Counted from the stretch's first letter, positions 11,301 to 29,943 are shown. The stretch is DNA of 64,000 nucleotides from Bugula neritina (GCA_964035545.1 OZ037767.1:14059801-14123800); one strand, 5' to 3'. Numbers and translations: made by a program. The notes: generated by a model from the sequence alone, not told the origin.

Positions 11301-14205
11301 TGGGGAGTTTGTGAACCTTGCAGTTGGTAAGAGACGTAACGGCTGCATCATGTTGGCTAAAATACTTCAGTATCTCGACTGTCCACAGTATCTCAGGAAG
11401 TCTCTGTTTCCACAGCAACCAGATCTCAAATTTGCAGGTAAATTGCTTTATTGTCTGCCTGTTTATTTGAAGCAGGTAAACTAAGATTCAGTTTATTAAA
11501 AGTATAAATAATATCGCAATAGCTTTTCACTCATTTTAGCATTCAAACCAATTTTATGAAGTTTCTTGATATTATTGAGTCACAAAATTATGCAAGATTG
11601 TCTAACCTAGCAACTGTGTAATGGCTTGTCATCTCTAAGCTACTGTAATGTAAACAATCTTGTTTAAAATTTTCTTTTCAATGGCGTAATTTGTTACTCA
11701 TATATTTTAGTATTTAGATGAACTCAGAAACTAGTAGAGAGGTCATAGTTTTCATTGTAGTCATCGTATCACCATGAGTTTGGTTTGGATTTCAATGATG
11801 TAGAAGAGAACTAAATTTTAGAATTTTAATAATTTTAATCATTTATTGTTTGCTGCTGCCATTTATTTTTTGTTGTATTTATCCACCATTTTGACTATTG
11901 GGTATCCTATCTATACGATATTTAGATAGCAACCTACACATGTGGTACTAAACCATGCATCTAGTAGTAAACCCTGTTTAATTTCACACAAGGGAATTAG
12001 TCAAGTTTCATACAGTACTAGTATTTCTGAGGCACGTGCCACGCCCCTTCCAAAAGACTGATAAGAAACACCATGGATACTCTAATATATCTATGCTTTT
12101 TCTCCCCTCTTTATATCAAACTTTTGTTTCCTTAGTATTGCTGTATATTTTGTGTTTTCTGTATCCATGCTGACTTGTTGACCTTTAGGTGCGCTGCACC
12201 CGCTGAATGCCCCGCATCACCTCAGGTCTGACGCCTGGAATGACTACAGGGAAGGGGTGGTCAGAAATATAGCCGTCAAGGATGGCAAAGGAAGCTATGT
12301 GGATATCGGTCTACAGAAGGTCTCTTTTATATCACACACAACTTCAATTCATCAGCTATTGTCAAATAAGTAGATTGTAATGAAGCCGTTCCCTCAGTTT
12401 TCCTTATGGGATAAAAATGATGTGTTTCAAGTGTTTTATTTTTATTGCGCTTAAGAGTTGTATTCTCTTTAAATTCATTATAAACAAAGCACGACTCCCA
12501 AACTTCTGTAGTCAATTAGAATATGCAATAGTCTTGCTTTCTGTCCACAGGACTGTCAGATAGACAAGCATCTTCTGCCTGGAGTCAAAGTGACTGTGAA
12601 AATAGACCCCAGCTCTAAAGGTTAGTCTTCTACAGTCAAACAGCTTGCAGATCTGTAATGTGGCTTTTTGCAGCAGGACAGGAATTTTCCTCTCCTGTCT
12701 GAGTCATAGACTTGTGATTATCAGAATATTTTCAGGTCTTCATAATTAGTTTCCATATTTTGAATATTTGGTAATTTTGAATTAAACTGCAGTGCCCCTC
12801 CGTATCTCACTAAGCTACAGTGCTCCCTCCGTATCTCACTAAGCTACAGTGCTCCCTCCGTATCTCACTAAGCTGCGGGTTCCGAAATCTCAATTCATGG
12901 CATAGTAGAATACCAGATTTAACTCATACTCATATTCTGTTAAATTTGGCCATTTTATCACTATACACACATATATAGGCCACCAAATGATGTCCAAGCC
13001 CTTCTCGTGGCCCATAGAATTCCGTGGGAAATGAAATCATTAGATATTGAGGGAGCACTGTAGTTTAAATGCTGCTTCAAAAGTATTTAGAATTAGATTC
13101 ACTGAAGCCATTGAAATGTTGTGGAACTAAACTGACATCTCTGATAACTGTGTACCTCTAAGAGAACTGGTGCTGCAGTCTAACCTGTGTTCTGTAGAAG
13201 CTAAAAGGAAATATATTGGAGAGGCTGTAGCACCCTCAGCCCCGCGCACCGAGCAAGGACAGTACTGGGGCTACAAGACTCGACTGGTCACATGTCTGTC
13301 TGAAGTGTTTTCAGGATGTCCGTATGATGGGGGATATGACATCACAGTAGGAACGTCTGAACGGGGAGATAATGTGGATACATACTCTTTCCCGACACCT
13401 TTCAAGTGAGCTGCACTTTCATTTTTCTTTTGTATAAACGCTTCCCTAATTAGCATCAATAAGTTGTCAACACATAGTTGTATTTATGTAGACACCTGCT
13501 CATAGTGTCATCACATCCTGTGTTTATGCAGACACCTGCGGATTGTGTCACCATGTCTTTTGTTATGTAGACACCTGCTGATAGTGTCATCATGTCTTGT
13601 GTTTATGCAGACACCTGCTGATAGTATTTGGAGGTGTCAAGGGGCTGGAGGCAGCACTGGAAGCTGATGAGAAATTGGCAGCTACAGATCCCAGGCAGCT
13701 GTTTGACAGTTACTTGAACACATGTCCGGAGCAAGGCAGCGCTACTATACGTACTGAGGTATGTACTACGTACTGAGGTGTGTACTATGTACTGAGGTGT
13801 GTATGTGTGTGATGAAGGAAATTTGTGCACATATATGTACGTGTTGGGTCTGCGTGTATTTCTAGTCAAGAGGTGAGTATATTCAAAGGTAAAAGCTATC
13901 TCGGTTAGGTAGATAGTTCAAAGGTCAAGGGGCTTTTCTCTGGGAAGTCTACTTCACTGGTATAAAATGTTGGTGTGATTTGTATAGTTGGATTTAGCTC
14001 CACCTGTTATTTACCTCATGAATATAAATCTAGCCTGCGAATTATCTTATACTTTCTTCATTGTTTCATACTTTCAACATTATCTTATGCCAGGTCACGT
14101 TTAACACATAGATATGTAACTTCATTTTAGGAAGCTTTATGGATAAGTTTGTCAGCCCTAAGGCCGAAAATCTCGGCCAGCCAAAAATCACCAGCAAGCA
14201 CCTGA
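8363..14205 (+). CDS. SPOUT1: SPOUT-domain RNA methyltransferase (C9orf114/CENP-32 orthologue)
   Basis: Exons 8363-8443, 9719-9758, 10130-10341, 10727-10797, 11292-11437, 12189-12319, 12551-12620, 13198-13405, 13611-13758, 14131-14205. Motifs: WTVSIALPGSIVENAQS, IARAATVFCVDEIVVFDE, LQYLDCPQYLRK, HPLNAPHH, YWGY, GTSERG, HLLIVFGG, YLNTCPEQGSATIRTEEA. The first two exons are less certain. Confidence 0.93.
12790..13060. mobile_element. MITE with CAGTG termini (Tc1/mariner-like); left terminus triplicated
   Basis: TIRs are cagtgc(t)ccctccgtatct / agatattgagggagcactg, followed by ta. The ~29-bp left end occurs three times in tandem. The body matches copies at 31953 and 37257. Confidence 0.8.
13484..13625 (+). 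repeat. 39/40-bp tandem repeat copying the SPOUT1 exon-9 acceptor junction (4 copies including the real one)
   Basis: ttatgYag|acacctgc with AG ending at 13491, 13531, 13570 and 13610. Confidence 0.9.
13746..13803 (+). repeat. 19-bp tandem repeat copying the SPOUT1 exon-9 donor junction (3 copies)
   Basis: gtactgag|gtRtgta with GT at 13759, 13778 and 13797. Confidence 0.9.
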
Positions 14206-15378
14206 CAGTCACATGTCAGATGGTGGCAAAGTGTCAGTAACTCGTGCACATATTTATTATAATGATGGGCTGCTAATGAAATCAAGAACTTGCAAGAAAG
14301 AATTGACATGATAGCTCATGGGTGTATGGCTGTCAACTCCCCCTCCCGTAACCTAATTTACTGGCTAACTAGACCTTAGTCTAACAGTGAACTGCGGCCT
14401 CGAATCATATCCCTGGAAATTAGGGTCTACAGAGACCAATTATCAAAATAATTTGCTGTAATATTTTACTATAGGATTTGCATTACATATTAGACTATGA
14501 ATGATACAAGCATAGAAAATCTATGAATATATGCATCAGTATAGAGAACTAAACTGAGTTTTTTCTATTGTATAAAGAACAGAAAGATGACTGGTCATAA
14601 CTCTTGTATCGGATTGGGCAATAGTTATCCACTCTACTTCTTGAAACCTTTATATACATGTATATATTGTATGTTTACTGCAAAAGTGCTTTATTAAAAT
14701 GTTTTTACTGCAACAGTCAGCACAACAGAGTATATTATGTTTTTATTCAGTATTATTTTAATTCAAATAAAAATGTTTTACTATCGATTCCTGACGTCAG
14801 AAAACAGTTTGTTTCATGATACCCTGCATTTACAAAGCATGACAACGCAATATCTTTCATTCTATTCAATTTAGTGAATGAAAAATCTCTTTGTAAACCA
14901 TGAATGCTAGTGTTTGTTTTCTTGGTTTGAAAAAGTATATTTGAATTTTTATTTTAAATTCACCATGACTCGATAAACTGGCATTAAACTGTGTCATGAA
15001 AACCAGTTTAGTTTTTTCAATTGTTGTACAATATTATTATTGATAATTGATTAATTAAAGCACAGGTAAAAAATATATTTTACATATATGTGATAACGTC
15101 ATATAGATAAATTTATGGAATTGAAGCGTATACAACTTGAGCAATCGGCATATAATGTAGGAATATTACAAAAATAGACGGAATAAATGGAAATGTAGGA
15201 ACAAGTAACATGGGGCTGAAGCAAAATACAACTAGAAATAACAAAAAGCACCAAAATGGACAATGTGAAATAAGAATTGTCTGCACAACCTCTTCCCGCA
15301 AAGTGAGAGCAGTTTATTGATGGCTGCCACCTCCAGAAGGAACTCTGTAGAACGAGTTCTTGTCAAACATGGCTGCAG

Positions 15379-18300
15379 CTAGTCGAAAAACTTATCGTCT
15401 TCACTCGCCTGATAATCCAACACCTTTATTTCTCGCAAGTTCTCGCGAGATTGTTTGCAGCTAATCGTGTCGCAGCTGTCTACAGTGCTAGCGGAGTTAA
15501 GGAATGAGCTGCGCATTGTCGAACTGGGGTTGCACCGCTTTTTAGGACTTTCTTGGCCGGAATAGATTCTTTCGCTGGTTGCGCTGGAAAAGCCTGTATC
15601 TACTGTGTAGTTTGAATTGGTGCCTTCTAGCCAAGAGTCGGCTGTAAAAACAATACCTGGAGTTGTTCACTATTGACTATGTTACACTTGAGTTAAACAT
15701 TATCAGTATTTTAGTTGCAATAATTCTAGTTTTTATAAAATCTCTTAACTGCTCATAAGTCCCACATAAATTATTTGTATAACAGAAAGTTGAAAGATGA
15801 AGTACTGATAACCACATACATTCGCAATACATTAACAGTTCTTATGGTTGCTTTTGGCCCACCATAAATTAATATTTGATTTAGAATTGTACATAATGTA
15901 GACTAGAGCTTTTTAGTTTAGTTCATTAAGCAAGAAGAAGGGGAAAGAGCATTACCATCATCGTTGTTGAAGTTTTCGTCCTTTTCCACATCTGTTAGTA
16001 TTTCATCTTCTAGCAACAGCTTCTCTTTTTTATTTCTTGCTCGTCGGATCCTCTCTTCCTGGACTTTCTGTTTTTCTGACTTTTGTTGCTGATGAAGTTC
16101 CCGCTGCCTCTCCGCTGACTTTAGTTTCGTTTCCAACTGAAAGAAAATTAATTAAAAAGAACTTTAATATAGTAAATGTTTGCTGTGGTTTCATCATTTG
16201 GAAGGAATACGTTGTGTTTTATTTTCAAAAACATAGTCTCCTAAATTTTATAAATCCTCCAGCAAATTACCATGCAATAAAAATTATGTAACAACAGATT
16301 TGAAGTTGCATGTGTGTATACAAAATATGTTTTCCCTAATTAGCCTGTAGGTTAATCAAATAAATAGCAACTGCACCTTATTACTTTAAAAACATATCAA
16401 GCTGCAAGAACCATTTAAATGTTTCTTTGAAGGTATTTTAGTTTTGATACAGCTGATAGGGCGGTTGCTTCACAAAAACTATGGTTGAGGCAGCTAATGC
16501 TTGTCAATGCTTTACATAGTATTTCATTTCAGTTCATCCTTTGTAATTAAGATGGTTGAAATTCAATTAATGGGCAATTGATAGTTGCTGAAACAATAAG
16601 ATAATCCCAATAGCTACGCATTAGCCACCCCCCCCCCCCCCCCACACACACACATGGTCAGTTTTAGTCTTGGTGTAATAAATCTTTTGCAAGTTGTCAA
16701 CAGCATATAAAATATGGGTCATAATTTAGATATGGCAATTTAGGCTGTGTAATTTTCAGACAAATTGCTTGCTTTATATATTTTAGGGGTCTTTGTATTG
16801 ACATCTACAATTTGTAAAGAAACAGCTGACATTTTCATATTCTATGGGTTACATTAAAATGTTCATCTCAAAGTACAGAGACTAACTTGACACTTGAATA
16901 TCAGTTATTTAACCCATTGACTTCACTCTGTTTAGACTATAAACTTCTACCAAATTGAATTATTGCTGGCATTCATGATTACTTGCACCAATGCTATGGG
17001 TGCTAAAAATAACAACCGATTCTTTTGTTTTTATTTAGACTCTTTTATGTTTATAACTTTGACCTACCAGCTCTCTATTTGCTCACAACTACCTATTGCC
17101 AGTGTGAAATCACATTAATTGTATTAATTTCAACTTTGTTTTGTCTTTTGAATATAATTAATAATGCAGTATGAAGATTAAATTCTTAGCTAATCATACT
17201 TAAGCCCAGGTAGGTGATAGTGTGCCAAAAAATTAAAGTAACCAGTTGAAGCTGATGATTGTTAATGTAAACGCAACTTCTTTCTGAAATAGTATTGATG
17301 AATTGATAAATTTGATATCTTGAGTAAAGTTCAATGTAATTAGTAACAAACCTCTTTAGCCTGTTGGTGTTGTCTTTCAAGTTCTCGAGCTATCATCAAC
17401 TCCCGCTTTCTCTTTGACAGTCTGCGAGATTCTTTAGCCGTTTTTGCTCTTGACTCCAGCTCCTGTAACACAAAATTTAGTGTAGTGTTGAGTTTACCCA
17501 GTAGCCCCTGTGGTGTAATAGTTTGTGAGCCTGAGGTCTCTGGTTTGAATCCCAGTGAGGGCAAAAGTTTTATACTCAGAACTTTTATAAGAACAGCCTT
17601 TTAGTGCAGCGATACATGAAATTTATAGTCTTGTGCAAGTTGAACATAGGAAACGGGAGGCCAAGGCAATGCGTTTGTTTCACAGACAGCTAAACACTAT
17701 TGTCACCAGATTTCAAGGGCATTGAGATTAGCCTACGGATAGCAAGCTACTGGACTTCTCCTTTTAATGAGGAAATCAACAGGAACTCTGATTGTTGAGA
17801 AGTGGTTGATATACTCCCTCTACGGGGACTGGCACGGCTTCCGCGCTATTTGCTGTGTAAAGAAGCTACTCAAAGCCCTGGCTAATTGTTTGATTAACAT
17901 TGTTACACAACAGGTAATGTCTGAGTACGCTCTCTCTACACGATGTTTTGTATGAACATGTCTGCTATCTATTATTTATCGATTTCTTATTACCACATGT
18001 GAATGAAAAGAATTGATTTCGCTCTGAGGAATGTCATGTTTTTGCACTCAGCTATGGCTAAAAGAAACATCTAGTGGAATTCATCTCACCCAAACCCTGC
18101 TACTCCTCACTCAATCTTCCGATCCCCTACCAATCTCTCAGATTACATGTTGAATTACTAACTTACTTTATTTCATCATAAACTATTGTAAATAACTCTA
18201 GATATCAATTACAAAGCTATCAAGAACTTAACTAAGCCTGCAGGCACTGTCTAAAAGGTTTTTAATTGATTAAATAAAACAAATCTCATGGGGGTCTACT

Positions 18301-19450
18301 TAGTATTAGGCTCAAAAACACCTCCGGAGCTGGAGAAATCTGTGAGAGATGCATGAGGATAATTTTGTTAAACAAAATTCATGTAAGTTTATAGTCACCA
18401 TCTTTGTGAGAAACCCCCAATTAAAAGGATTTTTTGTTAAAGCGGGCTAAGGACTTATTAAGATGAGGCACAGGAGCAATTATAACTGGATGCTTTTCCT
18501 AACATTACCAATGGCTTTTGTCAGGCCTCGAACCCATGACTTCGAATGCTTACTAAGCCAACACTCTAACCCCTACATCACAGCTGCTTTCTTTGTTAGG
18601 CAAAACACTGTTTTTCAATTACGAAATCTTACATTGTTTCTTTTTCTTTCAGCTAGTCTCAATTTCTCCTCTAATTCTTCTGCTGTAAGACCAGGGCCAT
18701 CAATGGGTTCCAGTCTCTAAAGATTCAAACATTTAATCAGCAAAACTTGTTCATGGTATAACTTTGATTTTTACATTTCATGCAAACTTTTATTTTGAAA
18801 GCTGTAAAATCGCTCCCTCTATATATTGAATTTATAGTACATCAAAAATGGTTTCAAAACATTGACATGCTTTTGGGCAATTTATAATACTGCAAAGTAG
18901 TTTTTCAATTCTTCTACTTCACTTCATCCCTGTTCTATGTTCATCACCAATGATATGGTCCGTAGCATAATTGTGTCAGCGTGAAGGTAAAGCTGGTTTT
19001 GTAAGCCAATGCCTTGACAAAATTGATGGGGTGATAATAAAGCTGCCCTTATACCGTGTCATTTAATATAGCTAAGAATAAAAACGGATATATCTTACGG
19101 AAAGGCGTTTGGGTGGAGCTCTCAAAATTTTATCTTCTCCAAGCATCACTTCAAAAGCAATTCCTGAAAGAGAGAAAGTTCTTCTGTAACTACCCAGTTA
19201 TAGGATTTAAATAAAAATGCAGCAATGCTTTGGTTCAAAACATCTTTAAATATTCCTGTGATAAATGTTCAAGTGAGATACCTGAATTTCTAGCCTGAGT
19301 TTTCTCAGATTCAACTTCTGTTTCTTTGACTGTGGCCTCAGGCCCAACACTCGATTTGCCTATCCTTACATCGGGTGTTGATTTCCTCTCACTACCTTGT
19401 AAGGAATTCACCGAGTTTGTAGCAACAGATGAGCTGGAGCCACAACCCAT
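15379..19450 (-). CDS. Stathmin-domain protein, STMND1/CCDC198-like, with N-terminal acylation motif
   Basis: Exons 19450-19282, 19163-19099, 18716-18633, 17462-17352, 16136-15956 and 15641-15379 join in frame. MGCGSS start; SGIAFEVML...APPKRLS; LTAEELEEKLRLAERKR; LETKLKSAERQR (stathmin-like repeats). Confidence 0.8.
17481..17570 (+). mobile_element. tRNA-derived repeat family B, monomer
   Basis: Leader gtagtgttgagtttacccagtag, then ggtgtaatag...ggtttgaatcccagtgagggcaaaagtttt. Confidence 0.7.
18380..18587 (-). mobile_element. tRNA-derived SINE, family A
   Basis: Near-full-length reverse complement of 21952-22163. Confidence 0.8.
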
Positions 19451-20630
19451 CTAGCTCATTCACAGATCTCAGCTAATGTTTCCGCTGCAGTCTTTCTAAA
19501 AGTTCAGAATTTTCTATTTCTCATCACAATCTTTATGTGAATATGAGTTCAAAATCAACAGCTGTCAACTTATTTGATGAATGCAAGCACATAAAAATGT
19601 TTTTGGGATTGCGATGTCTTTTACTGGTAAAGTATATAGTATGAAAATTGGAATTAAATAGGCACTATTCATAATGGTTTGTTTAGTGACACATATATAG
19701 ACAAATTAGTGCTAATATTAGTTTTAGTTAAGTAAATATTAGCCTAGACGGCTGTCAATATCTACACCTACAGCTAGCAAAGTTTACACAACATGGCGAT
19801 GTGATATATTTTACATTTTATATTCAACTTTTGTTTGCTAAGCTTCGTCTCTCTCTTTCATAGAATGCAAATTTAGCAGGTATAGCATTGCTTCGAAATA
19901 AATCCCTCGGCAACACACCAACACAAAAATAAAAACTTGTGCTTTTAAAACACAAGCAGTGTGGGGTCTTTGAAATTATCTAAAATTTCATTTCTAACTC
20001 AAACATCTGAAATTTCAATTATATTATTTAGTCAGAATTCAGTATTACTTCAATGCTAACTTCATTGTAAAGCAGAGAGAAGGCAAAATACAAAATTTTA
20101 CTAAATTCTTTTTGGGGATTTAAATTTGACTAGAAATATTAGCTTAGTTTTATTGGAATATAACTGTATTCTATGCTATATCATAAACCTAAATACTAAA
20201 TATATACTAAATGAAATTATAGACTCAAATTGTGATTACTGACAATCAAGATACCAACTAAAGTGCATGAATTAGGTTATGCTGTTTTTCTTACCAAAAT
20301 ACAATTTCCTAAGATGGTTTTCTGTTCTTGGAAGTTGCTCAATCAATGCCCTAATTTATCCACATGTGTATATCCAATAGATGAAGTCCAAGGCATATGT
20401 TTATGAATAAAACAAAAAAGAAACCGCTTTACTTTGTACTTTGATACAGCTTCTAGAATAGGGTTCAATTTCTACTCAAGCTTTACGAAAGAATTCTGAT
20501 GAAAAAACTAAACAGCTTTCTGTTATACAACTCCTAAGCTATTGTGCGCTGGCGATCGGTGGCTCGTATATCAGCACTGGCTGCGTAGCAGACGACAGCG
20601 ATTGACGGGACATTGGCATACGCAAGTGCT

Positions 20631-20643
20631 GTTGCTAGGCAAC
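20631..20643. promoter_or_regulatory. RFX X-box motif upstream of the stathmin-domain gene
   Basis: gttgctaggcaac, a near-palindromic X-box, lies in a locally CpG-richer patch ~1.2 kb upstream of the ATG, apparently beyond a 5' UTR intron. Confidence 0.6.
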
Positions 20644-21951
20644 GAATAAATAGCGGCCACAAAGATATTTCAAAGGCCGAGGCATTCAGTGCTCTACATA
20701 GTATGAATTACAACATCGCTATTATTGTTTAAACACATTATGTAAGACAATCGCTGGGGTTTAACAGCCTAGTCAATTTGATCAATATAAGGCATTATAG
20801 ATGGGCATTTACGTGGAAATCCCCTCAACAGATTGTCATGTATTTACGTAATACATGAAGTGCCTCGTGCCTGAAAACTTGAGGGAGGTATACCATAATA
20901 GACTTCCACTTGATGTTCATTAATATCTGATAATCGGTATTCAGAATTGGTATTCAAAACATACAAAAATTGATAACACAAATATATATCTTCTTATTGG
21001 TTAGCAGTGATTCTAGTTCCTAAAAGTTGTAATCATGCTTATGTAGAATGCTATGCTTATTAACCAGATAAATAATTCATTGCATGAAAGTTTATTTCAA
21101 TTTTGTATCATCATCATGTAATTTTATTTAATAACATTAATTAAACTTGCTTTGGAGTGTTGTACAATGCATAAAGATCATACAAAAGCACTATACTTGT
21201 AACTCTGTCAGCCATTTTATGCTAGCACATATCTGTCAATGAAGAAATGTTTAGAAGAGAGTTCATGCAGCAATCAGTGGGTTATGAGAAACTTGTCCTA
21301 TCTGGAGACATTAAAAGGCAATATCTTGCCTGACATTTCAGCCACCTGCTTACCTCCATCTCTGAGTCTTACACACAAGAGTCACTCAGAGTATGAGAAA
21401 ACAACTCCCACTTTATTACTTCTTCTTTCCTTACTTGCATAGAAAATGTTATATCTATGAATGCTACATGTTGGCCTGTATAGAAAATATTTGTATTTAT
21501 AAAATTTGAGCGTGTGTTACCTTTAGCCATGAATTCAATAGCAAGTTAACATTAACTGCTTTGGCATAGGCTATTACATTTAACTGGCTTTATAAACTTG
21601 TGTAGGGGTTTGTAATATTACATTATTATTAGTTATAATATTAAAAAATCTCTACACTGACGATTAGTTGATTGCCGTTATTAAAACCAACTCTTTATGA
21701 TATAATATATTTGGAGGGATAACTAAATAAAACGGTAAACTTTTACATTACATGTATGTCTGCGTGTGTATGCATGTACGTTTGGTTGCTTTTTACTTAG
21801 CACTGTAGCTTTATATATATTACGTCAACTGATCAAACTTATGGGTAGGATGCAGGTAAAATAAGACAACTATGATAAATAAGGTGCTATGTATTATACA
21901 TGCTTGTGTGAAGTGAATTTGTCCCCTAAGATATAATCTTCATGCAATAAA

Positions 21952-22163
21952 AGCAGCCGTGGTCTAGGGGTTAGAGCGTTTGCCTATAGTAAACACCAAG
22001 CCGTGGGTTCAAGCCCGGTTAAAGGCCATTGGTGATGTTAGGAAGAGCATCCAGTCATAATTGCTCCTGTGCCTCATCTTAATAAGTCCTTAGCCCGATT
22101 TAACAGAAACCCTTCCCATCAGCGGTTTTCTCACAGGAATAGCGACTATAAACTTGAGTGAGT
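21952..22163 (+). mobile_element. tRNA-derived SINE, family A (best copy)
   Basis: A box (gtggtctagggg) and B box (ggttcaagcc), then core ggccattggtgatgttaggaagagcatccagtc and tail gcgactataaacttg. Six copies in the window. Confidence 0.85.
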
Positions 22164-24319
22164 TATATATAATGATTATAATCTTCATGCAACTACTGTT
22201 AAAGTCTTTCTTATACATCATTATAGAGAATAATATTAATTCACATGTAGAAAGGTTTGTATTTTGTTTTTCCACAAATTTATTTCAATATATAAATTTT
22301 AGCCAGAATATATAAAATAAGACATACGTTGCAGCAGCCATTGTGTTATACTATTACCATGCATATTTACTAGTTTTGGTGATCTGCCCCTGGAGAAAAA
22401 GAAGCAGATTCGAAAGCTAATCTTTGTTTGATGTGCAAGCTGCGTGGTGCTGAAATATTTATCAGAATGTCAAAACATGAACATCTGACTGTTGAGTAGT
22501 CATCAAACATATTTGTCATCACTTTGAATTGAAGTATAATCATAATTTTAGAAGACAAAAGTCAAAATAATATTTTATTTTTGACTTTAACACAAACACG
22601 TTGTGTTGTATAACATTCTATAACTAACTTAATATTTACACAAAGTTAGAATAGAATGGTTGGTCAAGTTCCTGTTAAGAATATATTTTGTCAAAGAATA
22701 GAATCACAGTTAGAGTTTTAAATCATTTAATTCATTCCAATTAATATAATTATTTTGAAAAATTAAAATATCAAAGCATAGAGCCTTGTTTTTTAAATGA
22801 TGTGTAAAATTTTATAAAGCTGAACAGCAATTAGGATTATTCAACTTTTTAGCGTTTAGGACTTTTATAAAAATATTTCAAGGTAAATAAATGTTTTTCC
22901 AATTATGAGTAAGATAAAGATATTACAATTTTGCTTATGTACAATACATTAGTGGTTCTCAACTTATTCATTCTAGCAAATTGTTAATGAAATCAATTAT
23001 TTTTAATCTTCATAAATCTGCCTCTTTAAATGCTTAACCATTTTAACAGACTGTTGTGGGAGGTATAGTACGTACGCTTTTCACTTTCCCGTACCTGTTT
23101 TATATCATAATTTAGACTTTAGAGGAATCACTGCTTAACCATGTTTATTTTTAGCAGCAGACATAATGAATTTCTATCAACTTTAAAGTAAATTATTCAA
23201 AAATTTTACAGATTTGCGTTTCTACAAAAAATGGTAAATCACACGACTGAATTGTTTCTCTAAAACTTTTTAGATGATATTATATTGGTAGGGGCCTTTT
23301 CTATATAACACATATACAGAATATATTATAATAATAAACTTATTGTAATAACATAAAACATAATGAATAAATTTTAAAGTATTTTTTTCTTACTTCAATA
23401 TTTTAATTATTATATACTTTATAATTTGCAAAAAATCATTTTTAATAAAAGCAGTAATAAGAAATTATATGTTCTCAGACTATTCCGATTGTTATAGACT
23501 GATTGATGTTAGATACTATAAGAATTAGCTTTAGAAAAACTTTTTGTACGAATCTATTTCTGCAAATGCTGCCTCTATCAGTTTTGTTTATACCTCGTGA
23601 GCGTGTCACAACAGTATCATAATATTTCGTCTGATTATTAAACCAAGTGTTTTTCTATATTTGTTTACATTTTTAAGCCCAGTGCAAACTATAAATCTGG
23701 GCTGATATAATAAAGTCTAGGCGCATGTACACCGCAGTTTTCTAGATAACAGCCGCTTGTTAATTTATTAGAGTAAATGTTTGTCTTTTGCACTTTTCTT
23801 AGAATTTTCTGGTATTTTAATGGAGCAATTGTTTACTGCTGATATGCCTAGCTTTTCTTTAGTCTATGCACTTCTGTTAATCTAATCTAGATTGCCTCTG
23901 ATCTTAGATATGTTTTTGTGCTGCAAGGGGTGGGAGTGCAAACAAGCCAACTTTATTTTGCAGTAGACTACACTGTCACAAATCGACTGGCATATAGTAC
24001 CTGTAATAATGATAGCATATAGTAATAATACATGTCACTTGATGAGTTATTGATATCAAAAAGGCATGACACTTGATGTGTTTGAGCCTTGCTCACTAGG
24101 TTGTAAACTTTTATATCACACTGTTTATTTATGTTTACTGTCTGCCGAGCATAACCACTAACACATGTAGACTAATAATAAACGGAGCATATATATATAA
24201 ATAGACACTTTAGCATTTCTTCAACATTATCTTCTAAAGCATATAAGCTGAGTTGCATATAATTTAAAACTCTTTGTCATAGAAAATAGAAACTTGCAAT
24301 TAACTTTAATTTGATTGCA

Positions 24320-28924
<4,605 letters not shown>

Positions 28925-29565
28925 AAGCACTTCTAAACCTTCCCTTATATCATTTCAACAATTTGTCTTGTATTTTTTAGTATAGAGAATGATGTACATA
29001 TAAATGGCTGCATAAGTTTTTTTACATTTCGTAGGCTATACACTGGTTTTATTTTTACTTCAATAAAGTAGCATGTTTCCAGGCTTTGTCAATCATAGTT
29101 ATCGTAATGTTTAATGTTATCCAATGGTTTTATCAAACATTTCAAACAAAAACATATATATCATGCCACAATTATTATATAATCTGCATATTTATAAAGA
29201 TATAATATATTATTACATTATGAGCAGAATTTTGTATATTATCCTAGGTAGTTAATTTTTACCAGCTACTTTGTACTTTGTTTAATTTTCAGTGGAAATG
29301 TTTCAAATATGTCAATAAATCAACAGCCTCAAAATATCTTGCTTTATGAACTACAAAAATACCAATTAAGCTGACCAATAATGAATATTTGGTGCTGCTT
29401 TAGCTCGTAATTCCCAATATTGATTTTAATATTGATGTGATTTTATTAATTGAACTCAATGCTTATCTGGTAACTATGTCACAGAAACTAGAATTCAGAC
29501 TTACGGTTCATTTTCATTAAAAGTAACAATATTTACCAATTTCACCTAGTATTAAAACAGCTAAA

Positions 29566-29641
29566 GCAGCTGTAGTCTACGAGTTAGAGCCTTTGGCTTA
29601 GTAAACACAAAGTCACGGGTTCGATCCCCAGTAAAGGCCAT
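29566..29641 (+). mobile_element. SINE family A, 5' head only
   Basis: gcagctgtagtctacgagttagagc...gggttcgatccccagtaaaggccatt matches the head of 21952. Confidence 0.7.
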
Positions 29642-29943
29642 TTTGCAAACAAACCTAATCACAGAGTGTCTAAAAACTGGTGTGAGATTTTGATTAAGAG
29701 ATTTAAGTTTATATCTATCAATTCGTTCCCAGAGAAATAAGACTGCCAGCTATATGTAAGCAGGTGCAATATCAAGGTTCAACTGACCTGTCAACACTAG
29801 ACTCTGCTGTTGAAAGATACAATTTACGTCAACAGATGTTGTTGAGAGAAGTTTTAAAATCTTCCGTGAGAAAGTACCAGCCACTTGCGGTTCATTTATC
29901 TGGCAACTTCTAATGCGACTGATCTTAAAGTAAACAGACAATC

